A stretch of 20,000 bases of DNA from Elsinoe ampelina (Eukaryota), in contig ML992519.1 of NCBI GenBank assembly GCA_010093995.1, positions 158,699 to 178,698 on the forward strand, in the 5' to 3' direction. Positions 1 to 11,300 of this stretch are shown piece after piece; position 1 is the first letter of the stretch, and each line of letters begins with the position of its first letter. Both the position numbers and the translations under genes were made by a program. A model generated the notes under the pieces. The model made no database searches, was not told the origin of the DNA, and worked only from the letters and a program-made list of their open reading frames with translations.

Positions 1-720
1 ATTACTATAACTAGTATCTACTAGATAATAATAACCTTTAAGTATTTTAAAGCTTTAGGTTTAAGCTAAATTTAGCACCTTAGAGTTATATATAGATCTC
101 TTCTATCTAGCTAAGATAAAGGTAAAGTATATATTAAAATTTACTACTACTAGTATATTCTAAGATAGTATACCTTTATAATTCCTCTAAGCTAATAGCT
201 CTCTAGTTATATAGACTAGAATATATAATCTATTAAGCGCTCTAATATAGTCTTTAAGATAAGGCTAGAATTTATAATTTTAATAAAACTAGATAGGTAT
301 ATTCTCTACTTTAGTTACTAGCTTTACCTCTCTTAAATAGAAGCTATATAAGCTATTAATAACTAAATAGAATATACCTCTAATCTACTATAGTAAGCAC
401 TTTACTAGTACTACTATTTAATAATATAATAAGCTAGCTATAATAATATAGAGAAAGATAAGAAGATAGTAATAGGCCTTAAATATTATATCTCTAGTTA
501 ATAGTACTCTTTTATCTCTCTTAAGGTACTAAAGAAAAGTATTAAATATTAACTAGTAGTACCTTAAGAACTAGTAGAGGTACTTTAGATAGTCTAGTAT
601 AGTATTAAGGAAATTAACGCCTCTATATTAATTTATTTAGTATATTAAAGAGATAGTACTAGAGAGAAGACTACTACTTTTAGTAGTAATTATATAGCTA
701 GAGAAGAATAACTATAGTAA
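1..720 (-). pseudogene. PIF/Harbinger (DDE_Tnp_4-like) transposase relic
   Basis: One minus-strand frame reads F*PYLKDYIRALNRLYILV (from 270 down), RNYKGILS*NILVVVNFNIYFTFILAR*KRSIYNSKVL and GYYYLVDTSY (36-7). Reversing G>A/C>T transitions gives FWPYLKDCIGALDGSHIPV, RNRKGxLSQNVL, FVLAGWEGSAHDSKVL and GxYYLxDAGY. These are the Harbinger DGxH / AHDS / YLxDxGY motifs in the correct order and spacing. The 5' end is uncertain. Confidence 0.88.
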
Positions 721-1594
721 GGTAAATAGTAGTATTAGCTATCTATAGAGGAGTCTTACTAATTAATAAATAGATTAATAAATTATAAGTCTTATATCTA
801 ACTACTACTATCTTTAATAAAGGTCTCTTCTAAATAAAGTATTACTAGCTAAGTAGCTTTACTACCTCTATAGCTTTAATACTAGCTTAAATAAGCTTAA
901 ACTAGCGCTAATTATTAAACTTAATATTAAGCTACCTTATTAAGTATTTAGAAGAAGTAACTTATTAAATAAGAAATAAAGACTTTATAGGCCCTAAGTA
1001 GATTAGTAGAACTATAGATAGTAGAATATATATACTCTAACCTAATATACTTTAGCCTCTTATAACTTTATTAAGTAAGTATTATAATATAGAAGTATAT
1101 TTTAGTACTTATAGCTACTAGAAATAGTCTAGATAAAGCTAATCTTAATAAAGATAGAACTAAGAGTAATAAGCTAAGTTATAGTCTTAATTATAAGATA
1201 TAGCTAGTACTTAGCTTTAGTAGACAACTAAGCTCTCTATATAAAGGTAATATAGTTAAAGCTAGCTATACTATTAGCTATTCTTACTATTAATCTCTCT
1301 ATACTATTTAACTTATATATTACTATTTATTTTTCTATATAAAAACTAATATCTCTCTCTATACTATTATATTTACAATTTTGACCCTGGCTACTATTTA
1401 GTCTATACTAAATTAGGAAGTTAGCTAGCCTACTTAGGTAAGAAGCTTTATAGAAAGTTTATAAGAGCTGTATTATCTAGCGTTTTTGTCTAAAACTAGG
1501 CCTATTCTAGCCGATCTCGCGAAGGAAAACGCCAAGCCTAGTCACCTTATACTAATAATCTCTCTCTACCGTTTAAAGCCTAGTTCACGAAGCC
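1..1594 (-). mobile_element. RIP-inactivated PIF/Harbinger DNA transposon (truncated by the window start)
   Basis: Very AT-rich, TpA-saturated, CpA/TpG nearly absent up to ~1370, fading by ~1600. Contains a RIP-mutated Harbinger transposase frame (next feature). The right end at ~1594 is tentative (…GAAGCC|TAA, i.e. TTA|GGCTTC… on the minus strand). Confidence 0.75.
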
Positions 1595-2115
1595 TAACGG
1601 TATAACCAGCTTTGACTGTATGTAGCACCGGCTTGTTATTACCGGGCAGAACGTCTTAGAAGCCGCCACGTGCCTTATCGAGGAGGACCATGTCCTGCTG
1701 TGCGCTGTCTGCGACAGAGAGTCTCCGAGTATGCACCAAAGGCGCGGAATTCCGTCGGCTTATGTTGAAATGGATCAAAGACCGATCTGCAGAGTCGTAC
1801 CACGTGGCGGGCTATCCTTTAGCCATGGGAGCCGCAAGTGGATTACCTCGCGTGTGAGGTCCGGGGTAAGGACGTTTACGGTTCCGGTCTGGAATTGTTA
1901 TTGGGGTTGGATCTAGCTCGGCAAAGCATGTCTTGACTAGTCTGTGACAATGCTGGGTATCAATTCGTTCGACTTGTCTGAAAGCCTATATCTTCGTGTA
2001 AACGTAGTGCCGCACAGAGCACTTGGCAACGGGAGGTGATAAGTACTCTGTTTGATGCGAGGAGCCACGTATTCCTAGCCCGCCCAGAAACGATCATCTG
2101 TCATGTCTGTGAGAC

Positions 2116-3488
2116 TCATCGATTGGCGCGTTTGTTGGTCCACAATCCCATTGTTGTCTCCTTGATCTTCCGTTCCTGCTCTTTGATCTGGGCTTGTGTC
2201 TGGCCTCTCGCGTTGCCCCGACTGTCTCCGACCTCTTCCATTTGAACATCCCCATCATCGTCAGTGTTGGGTCGAGCGTCTGCTAGAGTTTGAGCGACAC
2301 GATCTGGGTTCGTGCTGGTGGCTCCGTCCATCATGCCCATGGCACCTCCAGCGCGGAGCTGATTGATAGCGCGTACGGTGTCAATAGCCTTATGGAGTGT
2401 CCGGCGGGCGTTGAAGTTCTTCTTGACCGTGGGCAACAGATCTTCCTCGCCTCTTCCACCTTCTGGTCCTGCGATCCATTCGTGGGCTAACGCCTCATGT
2501 GCCGTCATGCGTTTCGTTGGGTCGATCGTCAGGCAGCGTTTGATGAAGGCGCGGGCTGACAGCGATACGCCCCTCCAGTATTCGATTGGGGTGAAGGAGT
2601 AGTCGGCGACAAGGATGGCTTGCATTTCTTCGAGATTGGAATCGCGATCGAAGGGTGTGTAGCCGCACAAGAGGAAGTAGGTAATGACACCGATGGCCCA
2701 GACGTCACTGCAGGTTATCAGCAAGGTATTTCTCCAGCGATTGCGACTTTACTGACACTGGCTTGCCATGACCAGTCTTCTTGAATATTTCGGGAGCCAT
2801 GTAGCCTGGCGTGCCGCATGTCGTAGTCAAGACATGGAATTGCTCCTCGTCCATGATGCGGGACAGGCCGAAATCTGCTATGAGCAGGTCTGCATTGTCT
2901 TCCGGGGTACGAAACAGGAGATTCTCCGGTTTGAGGTCACGGTGGACAATACCGTGGTCGTGCAGATAAGCTACTGCGGACAAAGTCGCTCGTATGAGGT
3001 CTGCCGCGTCCGACTCGTAGTATGATCCTTTCCTGCAAATGCGGTCGAAGAGCTCACCACCGAGCGCCAGGTCCGTCACCAGGTATACTGAGCTTCATCA
3101 GCCTTGAATGCGATTGCCTGGCAAGGAGACGACTCACAATTGTTCATGGTCTCAAAGTAGTCGACCAGTGTGAGGATGTTCTGGTGTCCCATTGACACTC
3201 TCTTCAATACCGCAATCTCATTCCTGACCATGTGCTCTCTCCCCATCATCAATCGCTTGTTGATCACCTTGGCCGCGTAGAACCTGGCACTGTCAATGGG
3301 TCGCTCGTTATGGAGTGGTGGGGAATGCTGACCGGCCAGAGTCGATATGTACACATTCCTGCGCAAGTCAGCAAGACATTATACAGATCTCAGAATCCAC
3401 TCACCTTGACGACACTGTACGATCCGGCACCCAGCGTCTTGCCGGTCTTGTACCTGCAGGGCTGGACCTGAGGTGTCGGAGTAGACAT
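2116..3488 (-). CDS. cmkB: Calcium/calmodulin-dependent protein kinase (CaMK I-like, Aspergillus CmkB type), ~392 aa
   Basis: Exons 3488-3405, 3358-3333, 3283-3138, 3087-2757 and 2707-2116 total 1179 nt in frame. Introns are 46/49/50/49 nt, GT..CAG. Motifs: VQPCRYKTGKTLGAGSYSVVKECVHI, YAAKVINK, HRDLKPEN, DFG, TTCGTPGYMAPE, DVWAIG, and the CaM-binding-like KKNFNARRTLHKAIDTVRAINQL. Confidence 0.95.
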
Positions 3489-4569
3489 GGTTTGTGCCGA
3501 TGACTGGGAGGTCGAGGTCAGGCGCTGAATGCTCGGTTGCGGCTCCGAATGTTCTGGAGTAGCTTGAACTATGGCGCAAGGAATTTGCTGCGTGCTATGA
3601 TTGTGCAATGGCTGTGTGAGAACATGTGAATTAACAGATAGCGCTGCTGACTTTCAAGTTTCAGGTGACACGACCGAAGCGACAAGGCAGGCAAGTTTCG
3701 GCTAAAAGGTGGGGTATCCGGCCCGCCCCCACTTCCCGTCGACTGTGCACCCTCTCCACTGCCTGAAATAATCACTATAAGATATAATTCTGGTAATTAT
3801 ATTAGCTCTATCTTTCGATACCAGATATCTGATTCATCTACTCGTGTTGTGATAGCTGTTACAACCAACCACACCTTTCAGATTGCGGAAAAAGGACGCA
3901 AACATTATGCGAGTGGAGAGGATTGTGCACTTCAACTTCGGTGACCATACTTGATGAATTTCTTAATGCTTTGCACGATTGATTCAGTACTCCGACACAG
4001 CTTCTTCAAACCCCATGGATGTTGACACTTGACTCACTCACTATCTAACAAAAATATCAGTCAACTTGTCTCGAGGCTGCATTGTTGGATAGACCGCCAC
4101 CATCGCGTGACCGCGTGATGCGAATTTCCTGGTCATCTGCCACTTTGGAAAATCACAGTCGTGTTGCCATTGCGCATCGGACGAGATTATCACCATCCCA
4201 TATCCTCATCAGTCGGTAGTGCATCGACGCTTTCGTCGCATTTCATTGAATCATTACCAGATTAGCGCTGCAATGCTTCCAGTAATCTGATCGACTTTAC
4301 TCAAATAATGCACCACACGGGTCTAAGGCTGCAGCGCAAGCAGTCATCAACTGTGGCCACGCGCGCACCTGATCTGCTCAAGACGGAATGATGTACTCGA
4401 CTCATCCTTACATGTCATCTGTAGGTAGCGTATGCTGCTTGCTGTCTCGGCATAGCCATGTTTACCACCCTTTGACCGCCATCTCTCCTCCACAGCATCT
4501 CTGCTTCCACAGTCTAGCCCTACTTTCAAGTCACTATATCATGACCAAGCCCTAGCAGATCTGCGTATC

Positions 4570-5913
4570 ATGACAGAATACAGCATACAGCGAGCACGTC
4601 CGCTCAAGTTCGACCAGGACGTCCAGGTCAGAGAAACCCGCCAGGAAGACAACGTCACCGATGGCCGACCTGCAAGATCTCAACTGTCCTTCCTGGTGGG
4701 ACAACTACCAGCTCTGATCAGGCACATCCCTTCATACACCAGAAGGAAGGGCGTCAAACATGTCAACCCGAAGAAACACTACGTCTGGGTCTTTGACAAC
4801 ATCGCCTTCAGAGCCTCGAGTACCGACAAGGAAGAGATGGCTGCCAATACTCCTCTGGAGGATTCGATGAATTCAGACAACCCATTTTTCAAGATGATGA
4901 ACCGCGAGAAAGATCCCTGGCAGGTCGAATACGTCGCCGCCTTCTTCAAGAGGAAGGGAGGAAAGGAGCTGGCAAAGAGTGTTGGGCGTCTTTGCCGCGA
5001 GCTTGACGTTGAACAAGGTAGCCTGTCAGAGGATAGAGTCAGATGTCGGGTGCAGCACTTTGTCGACCATGTCTTACCAGGGCACGCTATACACACAAGT
5101 ATCGGCCATGGTATTCGTCATCTCCACGGCCCGTCATCTTCTTCTGGACTTTCGCTCACCTTCTCGACGCTTCCGACTACTGGCCGTGACCCACAGCATG
5201 TGGTCGTGAACTCATTCCCGGGCGCCAAATCAGCTCGCTGCTTCCTTGCAGGTACTACCACATTCGCCGAGCCCACTGGCTGGGGTGTCATATCCGACAT
5301 CGACGACACGATCAAAGTGACGCTCACCGCTTCATCACTGGGTGTGCTAACTACCACCTTTCTTGAGGAAGCCCGACCAGTAGCAGGAATGCCACAGCTC
5401 TATTCCTCGTTACAGACTCTTCTTTGCTCGCCGACCTTTTTCTACGTCTCTGCTTCACCATACAATCTTTATCCGTTCCTCCGAAATTTCAGAGAAGAGT
5501 ACTTTCCCATGGGGCCCATCATGTTGCGGGAGAGCACATGGCAGTCTTTCGGCGGCCTCATCTCATCTCTAATGGAGGACGTTCAAACATACAAGCTCGA
5601 TCGCATTACGAAGATCCACTCTTGGTTCCCGCATCGTCGATTCATCCTCATTGGCGATTCGACCCACAAGGATCCGGAGACGTACGCAGATGTCATCAGG
5701 AAGTATGGTGATTGGGTTGTTGCTGTCTTCATTCGACGAGTGACGGGCGTCAGCGATGTTGGCAATCCACATCAGGAGGAGAAGAATAGTGACGAGAGAT
5801 TTGAAAAGGCTTTCGAGGGTATTGATACGTGGAAGTGGTTTGTTTTCGATGAGCCCGAGGAGGTGCAGGTCATTGTCAGCCAGATGGTCGATGAAGGAAC
5901 ATCGGTCAGCTAG
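4570..5913 (+). CDS. App1-like phosphatidate phosphatase (HAD DxDxT; DUF2183-type), 447 aa
   Basis: Single-exon ORF with WGVISDIDDTIK, FFYVSASPYNLYPFL, FPMGPIMLR, FPHRRFILIGDSTHKDPETY and VFIRRV, the conserved blocks of the APP1 catalytic domain. Confidence 0.85.
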   Translation: MTEYSIQRARPLKFDQDVQVRETRQEDNVTDGRPARSQLSFLVGQLPALIRHIPSYTRRKGVKHVNPKKHYVWVFDNIAFRASSTDKEEMAANTPLEDSMNSDNPFFKMMNREKDPWQVEYVAAFFKRKGGKELAKSVGRLCRELDVEQGSLSEDRVRCRVQHFVDHVLPGHAIHTSIGHGIRHLHGPSSSSGLSLTFSTLPTTGRDPQHVVVNSFPGAKSARCFLAGTTTFAEPTGWGVISDIDDTIKVTLTASSLGVLTTTFLEEARPVAGMPQLYSSLQTLLCSPTFFYVSASPYNLYPFLRNFREEYFPMGPIMLRESTWQSFGGLISSLMEDVQTYKLDRITKIHSWFPHRRFILIGDSTHKDPETYADVIRKYGDWVVAVFIRRVTGVSDVGNPHQEEKNSDERFEKAFEGIDTWKWFVFDEPEEVQVIVSQMVDEGTSVS

Positions 5914-6271
5914 GCCAGCTGGGCTCGGATGGCGCTCGGTGTTGAAGGCATGAGTGATACCCAGACGGTTTGCGCATCTTTCTTGATGATAGCGTTTCTA
6001 CAGGCGTTTCGTTCTTGCGAACAAGAGGGAAATAATCGGGCATATCGGGACGGAAGCATCGCTTCGAACACATAGTCAACTGAGATCTGTTGCTAGTATT
6101 CTGGTAGTTATCTAATCTACACTCTATCTATCATCGCTCATCGTATTCGTTCAGGCTCAACACCTCTGCAGCAATGTGATTCGCTGTTTTAGTCGACCGC
6201 CTTTCTCCTGTCGTAATCATCGTCAACTCATCTGTCCTCTGGCCATCTTATCTCGCCCAGTCCGCATATAC

Positions 6272-7882
6272 TCACTTCTTCTGCAGCAAGCTGGATCCAG
6301 TCATCTCCTCAGGGATTGGTAGGCCTATTGCTTCCAGCATCGTGGGGGCAACATCGCCGAGCACACCGTCCGTCTTCTTCAAGCTCCAGCCATCTGGTGC
6401 ATTTGCCATGACAAATGGTACTTTGTTCGTTGTGTGAGAGGTTTTGGGTGTCTTCTTCTCGGTGAGCATTTCTTCGGCGTTCCTGTCAACTGTAAGTGTC
6501 TGTCCATACCCTCCATGGCATATTTCTTACCCGTGATCTGCCGTGATGAAAAGAATGTATCCGTGCTCTTTGCAAGCTTCGTATACCTTGCCGATGGCTT
6601 TGTCGGTTTCGGTGCAGCCTTCGATGGCGGCCTTGTAGACTCCAGTGTGACCGACCATGTCTGGTGGGGCAAAGTTCAGAATCAGAACCTCATGCGTCCC
6701 TTCCTTGATGCGCTCAGCCATTTTCTCACCAACCGCCATGGCGCTCATGGTGGGTTGAAGGTCGTATGTGGCTACCTTGGGCGAAGGGATCAAATCGCGG
6801 TCTTCATTGTCAAATTGGATCTCCCGACCACCGTTGAAGAAGAAGGTGACATGTGCGTACTTCTCCGTCTCGGCGATATGACATTGCTTGACGCCTTGTT
6901 TCGAAAGCCACTCGGCGAGCACGTTATCCATGACTTGAGGTGCGAAGGCGATAGGGAAGTTGAAGTCGGTCTTGTAGCGGGTCATGGTTGTGATGGCGAT
7001 GTTCTTGGGGTAAGGGAAGTCGGGTTTGGGGGAGCGGTCCTGGTCGCCCAGAAGTTGTGTGACCTCGCGGACTCTATCGGATCGGTAGTTGAAAAAGAAG
7101 ACGGTATCTTCATCTTGGATCCTGCGCTTCTCGCCTCCAACAATGATGGGCTTGAGGAACTCGTCTGTCTCGCCCTTACCATATCGCTCTTCAATCGTCT
7201 TGGCCGGATCTTCCGAGGCCTCACCCTCGCCTGTCACTAGACCTTTCATGCCGACCTCGACCCGATCCCAACGCTTGTCTCTGTCCATGATGAAGTAGCG
7301 GCCGACCACGGTCGCAATTTCACCGAGGCCAATCTTCTTGGTGTATTCGAGCAGATCCTTCATGTGACCGAGGCCGGACTTGGGGTCGGTGTCGCGGCCG
7401 TCGCCAAAGAAGTGGATATAGACTTCCGGAATCTCAATCTCCTTTGCGACCTCGAGGAGGGCTTTGAGGTGGTTGATGTGGGAGTGGACACCGCCGTCGC
7501 TGACGAGACCGCAGAGGTGAAGACGTCCATTCCCTTCTTTTGCTCGCAGGAAGCTCTTCCGGATGTTCTCGATCTTGTTCAACTCCTTGTTCTTGATTGT
7601 CTGGTCGATTCTGACCACGTCTTGCCACACGACCCTGCCTGCGCCAATGTTGAGATGACCGACTTCGGAGTTGCCCATGAGACCTTCTGGCAGGCCGACG
7701 GCGAGAGAGGAGGCTTCGAGCTCAGTGTAGCCTTGGGTGATCTTGGAGCCGGTCTTCTTGAATTCGTCCATCCATGGTGTGTCGGCATTGAGAATGGCAT
7801 CTCCGTCTGGAGGGGAGGATTCTGATGCGATGCCCCAGCCATCGATACAGATGAGGACTGCCTTTTGCTGGAGTTTGGCCAT
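6272..7882 (-). CDS. gpmI: 2,3-bisphosphoglycerate-independent phosphoglycerate mutase, ~520 aa
   Basis: Exons 7882-6531 and 6482-6272 total 1563 nt. The 48-nt intron GTAAGA..CAG joins TADHG to NAEEM. Motifs: LICIDGWG, GLMGNSEVGHLNIGAGR, SDGGVHSH, DGRD, AETEKYAHVTFFFNGG, PDMVGHTG, SHT, GDVAPT. Confidence 0.97.
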
Positions 7883-8359
7883 TCTCGCGGGTTGTGCAGT
7901 GAATAGAGCAATTGAATGATTTGGAAAGGAATTGAAGAGAGACAGAGATAATTGGCGAAGCGGTGGATATTTTGGCGAGCTCAGCCTGTTCAGCACTGAC
8001 GTCTCTGCCCTGATCTGTTTTTGTTGCGGGGCAGCCTTTTAATAAAGATCCTTGATTGTTGAGCTTTGCTTTGAGCTTTGCTCTGCGAGTGCGGGGCAGA
8101 GTCGGAGAGTTTAGGACCCGACAATGTCCGACCAAGGGATCGATAGGGGAAGAGCAGTAGAGGCAACGAGGCAGCATATTTGTACATTTCAAAAGACCAC
8201 TACTCCTCGCTTCGCTATCATCAGATCAATATTGTACATGTCCCACCAAATACTACCAGCAGCCTTGCGCAACTCAATCAAGTCTTCTAAAAGGCTTATT
8301 ACAATCTCTACCATGAACGACAAGAACGAAACGAACAAAGACACCTCCCTGCTATCTTT

Positions 8360-11300
8360 CTAGACCGTGACTGACGCGGGCTCACTCGTGCTCCCCACCC
8401 TAGGCGTGCTATCGAGACTGGCCTCCCCGCTCCGGAGACCGGTCGAGCCGACGGTGCTGCCATTCCTTTCCGCTCCAGTAGCAGTACTCATGCTCCTCTC
8501 TGTATCTCCGGACAAGGCTGCCTGAGCTGCCAGTCTTTCCCTTTTCTTCAATTCTCTCTCCTCTTTTTCAGCTTCCCTCTCGAGCCTGTCCTTGTCGATC
8601 TTGATCTTCTCCTCTTGTGCCAGATTGAGGGCGTCGATGTAGGTCCTGAACTTCACAATCTCGCGCAGAAGGTATGCAGACTTCTTCTCCCAATTGGCGA
8701 TGGCTTTGTTGAGGTTGGGATGACGTGCAGAGTACTGGTCAATTGTCAGCCAAGGTAGATACAGAGCATATGCGGAAACTTACAGCTCCAGGAATTTGTG
8801 CTCGAAGGTCGTTGTGCTTGGTGAGCTCGGCCTCCACGGACGCGACGTAGTCCTTGAGACCTTGGAGTTGGTCGACCTCCATCAATTGTGAGGCCATCAT
8901 ACTCTGAGCAGGCGGCTTCCAGTCCTCGAGGTTCACCTTGTCGCCAGCTGTTCTCGCTCTGATCATGTTATGATCGATACTGCCACGTATGCTGCCGGCA
9001 ATGCTTGCCCTTGTTCCTGGACCGTGAGCAGATTGAGGAATCGAGATGCTGTTCTGTGCCGAGTGACGACCAGATCGGCTTGGTGGTTTGGACGAGTTCG
9101 GATCGGGACTCCCTTGAGCTGTCGCTGCCGCGATTAAGCATGGATGGATGAGGGTAGGAGCGAGGATGTTGTCACCCCAACCATATTCGATGTTGTCCAC
9201 ACCGCCCTGGAGTGGCTCCTTGCTTAGACGAGCGGACCAGTAGTTGGCTGTGTTCATGAACTCTTTGGCGATTTCAGCGGTCCCGACTTGGAAAAGATGA
9301 ACTGCGCCGGTCGGAAGTGATAGAGCCCAGACGTGTGGGCGAGCCTTGCTGTACCCGGGAGGTGGCAGTGTCGATGCGATGGTCTGACGAAGGAGAAAAG
9401 ATCCTAGAGATTCCGCACTTTGCATCCAATTACCGCCACCGACGACCGAGGGTGCGATCGATGGTGCCTTGCCTCGGGCTTGCATTGACTTGCGAACACC
9501 GAGTGAGCCAGTCTTGCCGCCCTTGGAGTTGAAGGAGAACAACCGCAAGTAGCCCTTCTCGATCACAGCAAAACATTCGTTCCAGTTTCGCTCTTTGGCT
9601 TTCTTGTCCGAGGCTTCCAGGTGGTGCTTGTGTTTGAGAATACCTTCCTTCGCCCAGGGAGCACCAGCAAGCTCGAGTGAGTCGTCTTCGAGAAGAAATT
9701 TCTGCGGGTTGATGGACATGTTGTCGTCTTCGATACCGTCTTCTCTGGCGTTGGACTGGGACAGAGCATTGGCGAATCCAATCTGCTGCGGGAAGAGTTG
9801 GTCAGCGCCGATGCCGTTGGGATCGGTGTTCATGGTCAGTGTCCTTGAGAACTTGCTCGCCGCGGTTGAGAAGATACTGCCTCCGTCGTCAAAGGATGTG
9901 CGTGATGACGCCATCGTGGATGAGCCGTAGAATTTGGATCTTGTGCGATTCCGGCCCCAACGACCAGACATGCTGTAGAAATCAGACTTCTTGGTGCGGA
10001 CGGACATTTCTGAAGGCGCCATCGACTTGCCCGAGTTTGTCCTACGAAGGCCGGGGCGATCCTGGCGGTTGAGTGGGAGAGCTTCGTTCTTGATGGCGGT
10101 AAAGAAAGACTTGAGGATCGCTTCCAACTCGTAGTGCCACTCTGCGGGCTTGCCGTCAAAACGCTCGGAGATGAGGGCGTTTGATCCACTGTTTGGCACA
10201 AGTTGTTGCTCTTCGTCGGCCTTGGGAGCGTTCATACCCAGGGACCAGGACATGCGCTTGGTGAGGGTTGGACGCCTGCTATCGACAGAGGATCGGCGGT
10301 TGTCCGCTACCTCACCCGATTCGATGGTCCCCATGGAATTGGACGAATCATGCCACTGTAGGCCTGGTCTTTCCGGACGGTCGGCGGGATCGAATGCTTC
10401 GGGAGGCGCTTCGGCGACAATCTTCTTGATCAGAGGTAAGGTGTTCTTGACGAATTGGGCTCTGGTCATGCGGTTGTCGAGCTCAGCGACGTGCATGTCG
10501 GTATTGAGCAGAAGAAGACTGTAGAAGACGGTGTGGACGCAGTCCTTTAGCTTGAAGCCATGGTGTGGGTTGCACTCGCACCATCGTGCTGCAAGTGCGT
10601 CGAGGATTCGATCGACCTGCTGTGATTCTGCTTTGAGGACCAGTCGGTTGCAGAGCATGCGCATAGCTCCCAGGATCGTCTGGCCGGTGAGATTGAATAG
10701 CTCGACATACGCACGGAGGGTGTTGACGCTGGCTGTTTTCCTGTCTCCGAGAAATGTGGCTGCCGTCGCGCGAGGCACAAAGTCTTCGTCGCCGTTGAAG
10801 ATGGACAGGGCATGCTCTCGATCTTCGAAAGTAGGGCCTTCCAGAATACCAGACATGGACGACATTCCGGTTGCGGTCGTTGCGATGGACATGTTGCGAT
10901 TCGGGTCTGACCCCTGGCGCTCACTCCGAAGATTGTCCATGTATGGGCTGGATGCTTGACCTTCGACTTGGAGTGATGGAACAGCCGACGCCGGCTCATA
11001 CGAAAGACCGAGATCGTCGGGAGATGTTATCCTCGCCTCCATCTTTGGTGCTTGTGACAATTCATTTGTCGGGGTGTAAAAGGTATCGCGGTCGGACGGA
11101 GTGTCATCTGCACGACGCGAGGGAGAAGGCTCAAGATAAGTCGTGTACCTGATTGTTGAACGTTCTCCTTGCTCGGCTTGGAGTGAAGTTGTATCGACCG
11201 CGAGGTCTGGTCTGGCCACGGATCTGGCCAAGCGTGTCTCACCATCTCTGGGGCTTGTTCGCCCCTTGCCTGTAGAGCTGCCTCGTTCATTCGCGGAGAT

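Noticed and set aside
3569..3625. 18-codon uORF upstream of cmkB
   Set aside because: May lie upstream of the TSS; no supporting features.
6434..7825. Long + strand ORFs (268 aa, 153 aa) opposite iPGM
   Set aside because: Antisense shadows of a strongly codon-biased gene; no recognisable motifs.
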